Assembly (NCBI GenBank): GCA_039096225.1
Contig: JBBPEB010000007.1
Coordinates: forward strand, 310,001-374,000
Direction: 5' to 3'
Length of the DNA stretch: 64,000 nt
Source: Blastocystis sp. Blastoise
Taxonomy: Eukaryota > Protista > Bigyra: Opalinata
Made by a program: the position numbers and the translations under genes. This document shows, piece by piece, positions 48,917 through 62,037 of the stretch (its first letter is position 1; each line of letters starts with the position of its first letter). The notes beneath the pieces were generated by a model. The model worked only from the letters and a program-made list of their open reading frames with translations. It was not told where the DNA came from and did no database searches.

Positions 48917-49738
48917 TTAAATATTAAGTGAAATTCTATTAGGATTATTTGAGACAACAGTAATAGTGTTATTATTATTATTATTATTTTGATGATTCAC
49001 CGAAGATCCTCCAAGAGCTGCTAATGGAGAAAGTGGACTTTGAAGGGATGGTAAAGAAGGACCTTGAGGGGTAGGTTGAGTAGGAGAATTTGTTAATGAA
49101 GATAATGTAGGAATAACAGGAGTAGAATTTGTATGAGCATTATGAGCAGCATAATGACGTTTTAATTCAGCAATTGTTACATATGACTATTTATATATAA
49201 TAATAATTATTTATTATTATATATATTATATATATAATTATTATTTTATTATATATATTATATATATATATATTATATATATATATACTTTATTACAATT
49301 AGGATAAGGACAAGGATGAGGTTTACATTCACTATGAACACGTAATATATGTACCTATATATATATAATATATTTAATATAATATAAATATATATATATA
49401 TAAATTACTTTAAGATCTGTACGTCTAACAAATGCTCTATCACAACCATTAATATCACATTTAAATTTCTTATCAACCTTTATATAATCATGTTAATATA
49501 TATAAATAATACATAAATTACTTTATGATGTGCTTTAACATGTAATTGTAATCCTCCTCTAGTAGCATATTTCTTATTACACCCTGCTTGAGGACAACTA
49601 TATCCCTATATATATATATGTAGATTATTATTAATATATATATATATATATATTTTTTTTTTATATCCTTCAGGATTACGTGTATGAATCCACTGATGTT
49701 GTTTTAGATGCTGATTATCATAAAAAGCCTATAATAAA

Positions 49739-49772
<34 letters not shown>

Positions 49773-51518
49773 GCATATATATACTTTATTACAATTAGGG
49801 AAGTTACAAACAAAATCTCTTCTTCTATTCATATCATGTGTTCTCATATGAACAGTCATATTACTCTTCCAAGCAAACATTCTATATATATATATTATTA
49901 TTATTATTATTATTATTTAATAATATTATTATATATATATATATTACTTGTTACAACCGATATGAGGACAATGATAACGTTTATTACTATATATATATAT
50001 ATATAATAAGAAATAAATATATACGGTGGATATTTCCTTTTACTACTTGAATTTATATAATCAGGTAATTTTTCAATTCTCATTTGTTCACCTGCATGAA
50101 TAATAATATTTGCACTTTCTTTAAGCATTAATAACGTACTATTAATATCATTATTATTAGCAGCTAATAATAACGCAGCAAGCTAAATAATAATAAATAT
50201 AATAATAATTAAAAAAAATAATAATAATAATTAAAAAAAAAAAAAAATAAAATAAAATAATAAATATAATAAATATTAAAATAAATTAATAAATATACTT
50301 TTTCACTATCTTTATTATGCATAGCACGTTGAAGTGTTTTAGACCCTCTTAATGTCACTGGAACATTATTAATATCATCATTTCTTGGTGTATAATTCTT
50401 TTCTACTTCTTTTCTTAAACGTTTATAATTGGATTCTTCTTGTCGATGACGATCTTTATCTTCATTTGACTACATAATAATAATAATAATAAATAAATAA
50501 ATAAATAAAATAATAAATAATAAATAAAATAATAAAATAATAAATAAAATAATAAATAAACAAATAAAATAAAAACAAAAACTAAAAATAATATAATAAT
50601 AATAAAAACAAATAAAATAATAATAAATAAACAAATAAAATAATAAATAAAAAACATTAAAAAAAAAATAAATAATAATAACCATAAACTATATATATAC
50701 TTCTTTAAAATAAGGTTCTTTCATTTCATCACTCATATCTCTCCACATTTCAGCTATATGACTAAATATATCACTCTGTTTGGCACCTACTAATTCTTCA
50801 CGAGTTGTTTTATATATTTTTCTACTAAAACAACCATATGCAGAAATAGCTCTTTTTGGGGGTCTTAATTTTATACCAGGTTTTATAGATTTATTTAAAT
50901 ATTGTTGTAATGCTATATATATAAATATATAAATAAAATTATAAAAAATATATATACAAAAACTATCTAAAGTATCACCATCAGGAGAATGAACCTAAAT
51001 AAATTAAGAATAATTAAAATTAATATCATAGTAACATACATTAACAGGAATACTATGCATTTCATTTTGAACTTCATTATGCATAGGCATTTCACTAGTT
51101 AAATAGATATTTCCCATAGCACCAGCCATAAGTTCTTCTGGACCAACTCCAGACATTGGCTGAGGTGCATAAGAAGGAATTCCAAGTTGATTTGTACGTT
51201 GAAGTTGCATAACGTTGTTATGATTCATACTACCTCGAAGATGAGCTGGAACAGTAATAGAAATTTGTGGCACTAGATTAAAATATAGAAATAAAAATTT
51301 AAATGATAATCAATTACTCATATATGTCGAATCAGGGATAACCACTATAGATACAGAATCGTTAATAACATATAAAATAATAAACTAAGATTAATAAAAA
51401 CAAAAAATGACAGCGGCATAAAAATAATTCAAAATAAAAACTCAAAAATACCTGGACCAGGTTGATTTCCTATTCCTGGATGCATAACACTGTGCTGCAT
51501 ATGTCCAGAAGGATCCAT
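48917..51518 (-). CDS. Transcription factor with an HMG box and five C2H2 zinc fingers
   Basis: HMG box PKRAISAYGCFSR...IAEMWRDMSDEMKEPYFKESNEDKDRH. Fingers: CPHIGCNKMF...HMRTH, CNFPNCNKAF...HQWIH, CPQAGCNKKY...HVKAHH, CDINGCDRAF...HILRVH and CPYPNCNKSY...HYAAH. M/Q/P-rich N-terminus and S/P/T-rich C-terminus. Confidence 0.88.
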
Positions 51519-52434
51519 ATTGTATATTTAATTCAAAAAAATAAAAAAAGTTATAAAAGAAGCTTAAAAGAGAAATGTTCAGTAGTCTTGGGTATTATAA
51601 AAAGGGTCTTCACTTCTATATTATCGATATTTTTTGTATTTCTTAATTTCCAATAGTTTTCTAGAGAGTTTATTTTTTTAAACACAAATGACCCATGTAA
51701 GATAATTCATTGGATTATTAAGAATTATTCAACCAATTCTTTCAAAGCAATTGTCTTTAGGATGGACCCATTTGTATTATCAAATTAGGTCATCTTCTCG
51801 TTTTCTTTAATTTCTCTTTTCTAGAAAAAAGAAACCGGTTTTCTTTGAAACTTTCAGAAATATTATTCGGAAATTTTTCATTTTTCTTATTTATTTGTTT
51901 TTCTCTATTCTCTTTCTTTTCTTATAGTATAAGCGTCATTGTAATACCAAAAGTATTTAGATATCTTATATATATATTAGGAATCTAAAAATTTGATTTT
52001 GAAAACAATCAAATTTCATTAATTAAAATATTTTTATTCATAATAGTTATCAAGTTGCTAATATGCATTCTAAAACCTAATTAAACTTTATTGAATACAA
52101 AAAAATCAGTTGAAAAGAATAATTTTCATGAATTATCATTTTTTTTATATGTTTCTAGGCTTTTTCAAACTAAATAAAGTTATTAAGAATATATATTGTT
52201 TTAAATAAAATATAAATAAATTAAAATTTATTATAATTCATAAATTAATATCAGAATACATAAATTAAAATTATAAAGCAAAAAAAAAACATTAAACATA
52301 AACTAATAACAAAATATAAAAATTATAGCATAATAAAAATATAAATACACTATAAAATAAAATATAGAAAAAATAAATAAAATAAATATAAAACTAACAA
52401 AAAAAAAATATATATATATATAAAACTTTTTTTT

Positions 52435-55400
52435 TTATGTCATTTTCATGACTTTTGCAATTTCATTAACAATAAGAGTATTAAATTTAGTTTTTAGTTT
52501 TTCGATAACTTCATTTGGTTTACATTTTTCATATTGAATATTAGAAGATAAATCAATAATTTTTCCATTTTGATTTGTAGATTTTAATAAAGTTTTCATT
52601 TTTTCCATAGTATTAACAAATGTTTTTTCTTTATCTGATTTAGATATTCCATAAATTTCAAAATGTTCAAAAAGACTAAGTGTATCTCTAAATTGATTCC
52701 ATAAAGAATCAAATGAAATTCCATCAGGTGTTTTTGTTAATGGACAATTAAACCCATGAAATCCATCATCACTATATAATATAAATAAATGATTATAATA
52801 TAAATAATCTTTAGTTCTTTCAAATGCTTTAAAAAATCCACCTAAAACATCTTCACAACTAGAAGTACAACCAGAAGCACGACCACCTTTAGGAGATAAC
52901 TTATTAATAAATATATCTGATAAAATAAAATTATTTTCAAATAAACCACTATCTACAAAATGTATTCTATCATTATCACTATAATCACGAAAACCTATAA
53001 TTTGCATTTTGACTATAGATGAATTTTTACCTTTAACTATATCTAAACGTTGTTGAAATTGTTTTATAATAGTTTGAAACATAGGTATAATTGTTTTCAT
53101 TTCTATATTTCCAGAACCTGTTGCATCTATAATAAATGATATAAATAAATTAACAGGTTTATTAATTTTTCTTTGTATAGTTTCTGTAGCAATAAAATCA
53201 GTTTCTTCAAATTGTGACATATCTATAGTATATACTTCTCTAGGTAATTCAATTTCATTTAATTGATTATTAATAGTTGTACCTATATGTATATCTTGTA
53301 AATGTTTTTCTATATTTAATAACCATACAACAGCATTACTAAACCAACGAGCTGTTCCTTTAGAACTCCATTCTTCATATAATTTAGAAGCAGCACTATC
53401 TAATATCATACGTCCTTGATAACCTTCAGATAATTTAATCATAATAGAAGGATAACCTTGAGAATCACGAGCAAACGTATGAAAATTTAATTTTATTAAT
53501 TCTTTTTCATTTAAAACAGCTAATGTTAATCCTTCATATATAATATTCAATCCTTGATCAAGAGGTGCATTACAATATTCACCAAATAAAGAAGAACCAA
53601 CATTAATAAATTCACCATTATTTGCATAAGAAAGAAATTTATTTAAAGTATTATTATTATTGTTATTATTAATTTTGTTATCTTTATTATTATCTTTATC
53701 TTTATTATTAATTTTATTATCTTTATCTTTATTATTATTATTATCTTTATTATTATTATTATTATTATTATTATCTTTATTATCTTTATTATTATTATTT
53801 TGACGACGAATAAAATCACCTCCAGGATTTGATATATTATCATAAACTAATTTTTCTAATTTAAATAATCCTTCTTTATAAGAAAAGAATTGATCTGCTT
53901 CAAAAGAAAATGGATAATTTTCTAAAAACCATAAAATACCACCACCATGTGTATAAAAAACATTTAAACATTTTATAAATGCATTTAAATAATTAAAATC
54001 ATGTTGTTGTTCTTTTTTACCTAATATTCCATCACCTGGACTACAAGTAATAACAGCAACTTTATATTCACCTGATTTTAAATATAATATAGCATCATAA
54101 TAATCATATACAGTTGTTACATTAAATCCTTTTTCTTTTAATTTTTGTATAGGACCTTTTATTAAATTTTCTTCATTTATTGATAAATCTTCTTGTTGAT
54201 TATCTTTATTACGAATATCTTTTCGTGTTAAAAATAATATAATCATTAATACTTTAAATTGTTTAAATTGACCATCTCTACCTAAATCATGATCATTTCC
54301 TTCTTTATTATTCTCGATATCTATTTCAATATCATCTATTTCAGGAGCATTAAAATAATAAAAACGTCTTTCTAATTCACCATATATACTATTAATTTTC
54401 TTAATCATATTATTACATATAAATTGAGATCTTATATTTGTATTATATAAATATGGATTCATTTCTTTTATATATTCTTTTACTGATAATACTTGTGTAT
54501 ATATTGTACTACATTTTATATTCTTTGTTGGTATATATATATTTTGTAATGCTAAACTAAGATCAGATATATTTGAAGACCATATATATGTTGGAAATAT
54601 ATTTTTATAATATTGACATTGAATACCTATACCTATACCTATAAATATACCATTATTAGTAGATACTAAACCTTTTATTTCTTCTTGTTCATTTATATTA
54701 TGTATACCATTTGTAAATATAAAATAAACAGATGAAGAAGGACGACTATTATTTGTAGAAATAGCATATTTTAATGTATTTACTATACAAGTATGTTTTA
54801 TAGGATTTCCTAAAGCATTTATTAATGCAGATAATATAGATTCATTCCATAATTCATTAGAACTAATACCTAATACGATTGGTTGAATAGTTTTTCCTGC
54901 AACCCAAATATCAATATAAGTTACATTTAATTCACTTAAAGAATGAAGAACTCTTAATATCATATTATATGTATGTACTTTATTTATTAATGAAAAACTA
55001 ATAGAAGAACAATCAATAATAATAGAAATAGAATAATTTCTTATTTTATTACCTATTTTCTTTTTAAATAATTTTCCATTTCCTGTTCCTGTAATAATAT
55101 AATTCATATAATTACGTATATGTATAGAAGTACCTGTAGTACTTGCTATATAAGAAGTAGGCTTATTAGGAATAAATAATGTATTTGAAAAACTATCAAA
55201 ATAATCATTTTCTTTTATAATACTACTTAATTCTTTTAATAATTCTATTGAACCACCTTCTCTATAAAAATACATATCTTCTGGTTTTATACAAGGTAAA
55301 GAACAACTATTCCCATGAATATTTGATAATAAAACAACATATTCTTTTTGTTTTATAGAATCCATCGATAAATTTATAGGAGTATATTTTTTCATTTGTA

Positions 55401-56537
55401 CTTTATTCACTTTTGCTTCTAATTTTATAGCGTTTTTATTATTATTATTATTATTATTATTAGATTTATTATTATCTTTAATATCTTTATTATTAACCAT
55501 ATTATTAACCATATTATCTTTAATATCTTTATTAATATTACTATAAAAGAATTCAAAAAAAGAATTACATTGTATATCATTTAATTGATTTTCATTAATA
55601 GAATATATATGATCATTAAAATTATTCTTTAATAATTCATTTAATTTCATTTGATTTTCTTTATTTAAACATTCATTACGATCTAAACTATTGGGTAATA
55701 ATTGAATAATAAATAATTGTGATAAATACTGTTGAATCACAGATTGAACATCTGTATATGTTGTTGCTAATTGTTCAGATATACAATCTGATATTACTAT
55801 TACATGATTCTTCTTATTTTTTATATGTTCTTTTATAGGATTTAATAAAAGTAAATCTAATGGTGTTGAAGGTACTTTTTTTAACTGTTCTATAGAAAAC
55901 ACTCTTACTATTTGTTTATATATATTTTCACCATATAAATCTAATTGAAATCCTTGACCACGTGTTCCATTACAATATATATGTGTTTGTATACCTAATG
56001 AATGACATACTAATAATAATATTGTTGCTATTACAGAACGAAGATGAGATTTATTTGTTTTATGCGTAAAATTAATATCTAATATAATATCTAAAATTTC
56101 TATATATTCAAGATTATTAGGAGATGTATTTATTTCAATGATATCATTAATTGATTGAATAATTTGAGAAACATATCCATAATAATGACCTATTATAGTT
56201 TCTATATTCATATTTATATCTATTTTTTCAATTTCCATTTGCATTGTTTCATTCATTTTATCTAAAAAAGAAACAGCTATAGAATTATCACAATTATCAA
56301 TCATTACTTTAAAATAATCATCTAATGTTAATTTTTCATAATGAGATAATAATTTATTTAATTCAATTGTTCTCATTTCATCTTTTACAACAGGCATATC
56401 TATATCTACATTTTTATCCAATTTCTTTATCAACATTGTATTATCAACATTATTTGATGAATTCTCTTTATCTTCTAATTCTTTTAATTTTGTTAATAAA
56501 AGTGAATTAAATTGTACTTTACCAGTGATATGATTTG

Positions 56538-56571
<34 letters not shown>

Positions 56572-59500
56572 GTTATTATTATTATTATTATTATTATCTA
56601 CATTTTTATTATCATCTTTTTCTTTCTTTAAAATATTCATATCAGTTTTTGTGACTTTTTCCTTTATTTGTTTTTCTTTATATTCATTAATATAAGAAAT
56701 ATATTCATTTGCATTTATAGTATTATATAAATGATCATTTTCATTCTTTAAATCAATACTCTTATTATCATTATTATTCTTATTATTATTATTATTATTA
56801 GTATCAAATAAATGAGAATCATATATCTTTCCAAATCGATTATTATTTATAGATGAATTTGTATTCCATTTAAGAAGAAGAGAATTATTATTTCCTTTAG
56901 TTATTTGTAATAAACAATCTTTTGCTAATTCTCTTAATGGATATAAATATAAATCATTATGATTTATTATATAATATAAAATATCAATAATAATAGTTTT
57001 ATATATATTTGATTGATTAATAATACATAAAGGTAATTCATTAAATAATTGTATATAATACACTAATGATTTAGTACTTAAAAATTCATTTAATATCCAT
57101 TCTATATTAATATCATTATTATTCTTTATATAAATAGTATTTGTATAATAATGATGAATACAATAATCCAAAGTATATTTATTATTTCCTATTTTATTCA
57201 CAAGAAAATAATTCATAAATCCATCATTTTGAGGATCAAAATATAAATTTAAAGAAGTATTAAATAATGATACTATACTTGTATCTTTAGGAGCACTATA
57301 AGTATATATATTTTGTTTATAATATAAATCAATAGATGTACTATTTGTTGTGATCATAGGCTTATTATCAATAATCTCTTGATTATTATTCTTTGGAATA
57401 TTATATACATCATAGATTATATCATTTTTAGAATTGTTAATTGTTTTCATATCAGTAATTGAACAAGGTTCAGAACTACGAAGTATTTCACTATAACTAT
57501 TATCATAAAACATTAATTGTATACATTGTATTCTATTATTACAATCTATATATATATCAAATATATTCATTTGATTTGATTGTATATATTGTTCATCAAA
57601 TAATATAATTAATATATTATTATTTTGTATACATTGACAATGTGTACCAGTAACAGTATACGATATATTATAAGGATTTATTATAGGTATATTAATTTCA
57701 TTATTATGATAAGAATAAATATGATCTGGTAAATAAAAACATTGTCTATTATTATGTATAGGAGTATATATATGAATATCATTTAAAATTGATTTATAAA
57801 ACAAAATACAATCCAAAATCAATAATGAAGAATCTATATTATTATTATTATTATAATTAACTTTATTATTATTATAAGCTTTATTATTATTATTAGCTTT
57901 ATTATTATTATAAGCTTTATTATTATTATATGATTCCATTTTTTCTATAATATATTTTTTATATTCATTTGGTAAAAATATAGAATTTTCTAATAAATTT
58001 GAATCTAATTCATTAAACATAGTATCATATTTATATATAACTATTTCATTTTGTTCTTCTTGTTCTTCTAATAAACATAAATCATTTGCTAATTTATCAA
58101 TAGTTACTATATATTGATTATATTGATTTCGTTTACTATCAAATTCTTCAGGTAAAATTAAAGCATATAAAGGATAATTATGAATTCTATCTTTTTCTAT
58201 TAATATATCTTCTAATTTATAATAATGATAGAATAAATATTCTATTTCAAAGTCCTTTAAAGAAATAGAAGAAAAAGAAGAAGATATATAATTCTTTGGA
58301 ATAATAATACCATAAATAGGTTCATTTGTTAAAAAATAATGACATAATACACAACTTGTATTTGTAGTTGATATTTTATATCGATCTTTTGTAGTATCTA
58401 TATCATAATAAAATACCATTGTTGTATTTATATCTTTGTATGAATATAATAAATCTAAAGAATCATATAAGAAGCAAGATGAAAATAATTCTGGTAATAA
58501 TGAAAAATCAAATAATGGATCTAACTCATATAATAATAAAGGATTTGTTGTATATTGTTTTGAATATGTAATATAGATTAAATCTAATAAATAATTACAT
58601 AATAATGTATAATCATCATGAATAGAAATATGTAAAAATCCTTTAGGAAATGATAAATATACAGTATGTAATGTATATCCAAAAGGTAAACCATTAGGAA
58701 ATTCTAAATGAATATCATAACTAGAAAATGGATATAATATCATTTTATATTGAATACTATGATTATTAATATCTGGAATAATAGTATAAGAATGATTTAT
58801 AAATTGAATAGGTCCTTCTATATTTGTATTTTCATCATAAGTAATAAACTGATAAGAAAAAGGATTTGATTTATATGAATAGGATAAAATTGATAATTTT
58901 ATATAAAAACTTTCTTTTGGTTTATTGAATTGATAATAACCATTATGAATATTCCATGCTATATCTTTTGCTTTTTTATATTCTTCCTTTGATAAATAAT
59001 CTGTTAATTGAATAGATTCATTTAATATAAATGTATTCCATGAATATTGATATAATTGTGATAAATACCATTTAAATTGTTCTTGTGTATATAAAATCTT
59101 CTCTTTATTATTAATATAAGATTGATTTAATACTTGTATATCATTTGTTAATATTGATAAAAATTCATTTCTAATTATTTCTAATTGATTCTGTTGTATT
59201 TCAATAGTATTTTTTATTTCTTTATTATATTGTATTAATACATCTTTCTGATCTTTATTATAATTCTTAATTTCTAAATGTATACTCATTTGAGATTGTT
59301 GTATATATTGATATATTTCTTGTAATGAATGAGATATTAATAAAGAATCTTTAACATATGAATTCCATCGTTTATCATATAATATATGCTTCATTATTAA
59401 AGAATAAGTTGTATACCAATAAGGACATAATAAAGATAATTTATCATCAAAAGATAATGTTAATGATTGTATTATATTATATTCTATTTCATCAAATATA

Positions 59501-61986
59501 TGATTATATGTTGAAAATTTTAATTCTATATTCATATCATGACTTGTTAATATAGTTCCTGGTGATATTTGTATATATTCACTAGAAATAGTATCTATAG
59601 AACAATAAAACTGATCTGTTTTCTGTATAAACACAATTTTTGATAAATTTGAAGAATATAATATATTTGTATCTTTTAAATCTATAGCTTTCCATAATGA
59701 ATAATAATTATTTATATAATAAACAGGATTATAAAATTGTATATATTGTTTTCCTAAATTACATAATTGTAATAACATTGTAAATTTTCTTAAAGAACTT
59801 GTTTCTTTTATTATTAATGATGATTTATATAAATCAAAAATATTAGTATTTAATAAATAAAGAAGAGATTGTTCTAATTCTGTAAAGGATATCATTCGAT
59901 GAATATATAGATCTATATTTTTAAGTTCATTTATTAATTGCAATGAATCAACTATATGTTTATTTCTTGTATCAATTAATAATATATTCATTTTATATTC
60001 TAATAGTATACATATATGATATATAATATCATCAATACTATCAATTAATGAAGGTAATTTAATTATATTTATAGATAATAGTGACAATAGATCAATAAAA
60101 TTTAATAATAAATTCATTTTATTTGTTATATGTTTAGAAATATAGATAAATCTAGATATTCTTATATATAATGTATTTCCTCCAAAAGATTGTATATTTG
60201 ATTCATTATATAAATTATCATTGAATAATTCAAATTGTTGTAATATATCTTTATCTTGTTTATTCATATTTTTTATATCATTAATATTATATTGAGATTG
60301 AAATGATAAAGGTAAATTTGAAAATAATATTGAATTTGAATCTTGTTTTGTTATCTTATTATTTGTATTCATTAATAATGTATCATGTATTCTAATAAAC
60401 TCTGATAATTGCTTAGAATAAGTATTTAATATAGATAATGAATAAATTAAATCTACTTTTTTAATTATTTGTAAATAGTCATTATATAATTGTCTAAAAT
60501 AAGGTGATTTTTCTTGTAATAAAGAAATATCTTTTTGTATTATATCATTTTCATTTATAAAAGTAGTATATATAGTATTTAATTCACTTATAGAATCTAA
60601 TAATAATAAAAGTTTAGTAGGTGATAAAATATTAATAATATTATATATTTGTAAGTATATTTGTTTAAAAGGAATGATTTCAGGTAATGATAAATAAATA
60701 TCTAAAGAATCCACTATATAGCAAAAGATAAATTTTTCTTTATAATTATTATTAAAAATAAAAAAATCCATATAATTAAATTCTTTATTATCAAATAATA
60801 ATCCTGTAAATGTAGAAAGTAAAAGACTATTCGGTATAAATTGAATAAAATGAAATTGTTTCCAACGTTTTAATTCATTATAACCATCAATATGTTCATT
60901 AAATAAAGGATAATTCTGATCTTTATATTTTATTAATATATTTCTTATAATACATAAAGGATAAGATATTATATATTCTCTCCATTTTATAATAGTATGT
61001 TGAAGTGTTAAAATATTAGAATCATTAAAATGAGATATATTTTCAGAAAATAAATTTAATATAGAATTTGTAAATTCTTTTATTTTCTTTGAAGAACCTT
61101 CTAATAATAATGCATAAAATATATCTATATTATTATTTGAAATAAAAATAGCTTTTTGATCATCTTTATTCATTGTTGAATTATTATTGTTATTAATTAA
61201 GTTATTATTAACTAAATTATTATTAACTAAATTATTATTATCATCATTATCATTATCATATTTGTTATTCTTTTCTTGTTGTTTTTGTATTTTATTTGAT
61301 TTATTTTCGATTAATATATTATTTGTTATATATCGTTTTAAATGTCTATTATTTTTATATAATTCTTGAAATTCTAAAAAATAGACTTCTTTTATATTTT
61401 CTTTACTATTTAATAATCTTAATATTTTTCTACAATTATAATAAGAATCATGATTATCTTGTTTCTTTTCAATAGTATTACCTAATAAATTCATTTGATA
61501 TTGAGGTAAATCACATAATTCACAAATATTAGTATATGTACATAAGGAAGAAGAATGTAATAATATACAACGACTCTGTAAAGGAATAGGAATAGAAGAT
61601 ATATTATTAGAAGATAAAGTTAAAAATAATCTAAAATCAGGATGTATTAATATATCTTTATTTTTATTTTTTATATTTTTAGTAAATGTATATTCATAAT
61701 TAAATTCAGATATATGTAATGTAGGATTTTCTTCACATAAACTATTTAATTGTTCTAATATATCTCCTTGTATATATTGTATATCCTCTAATAATAACCA
61801 ATAACCATATTTTAATGCATTTAACAAAGGACCCCATTTATATACTAATATACTATTATTATATTTATTATTATATTTATTATTATATTTATTATTATAT
61901 TTATTATTATATTTATTATTAACTAAATTATTATTATTAACCAAATTATTATTATTAATCAAATTATTATTATTATTATTAATCAA

Positions 61987-62037
<51 letters not shown>

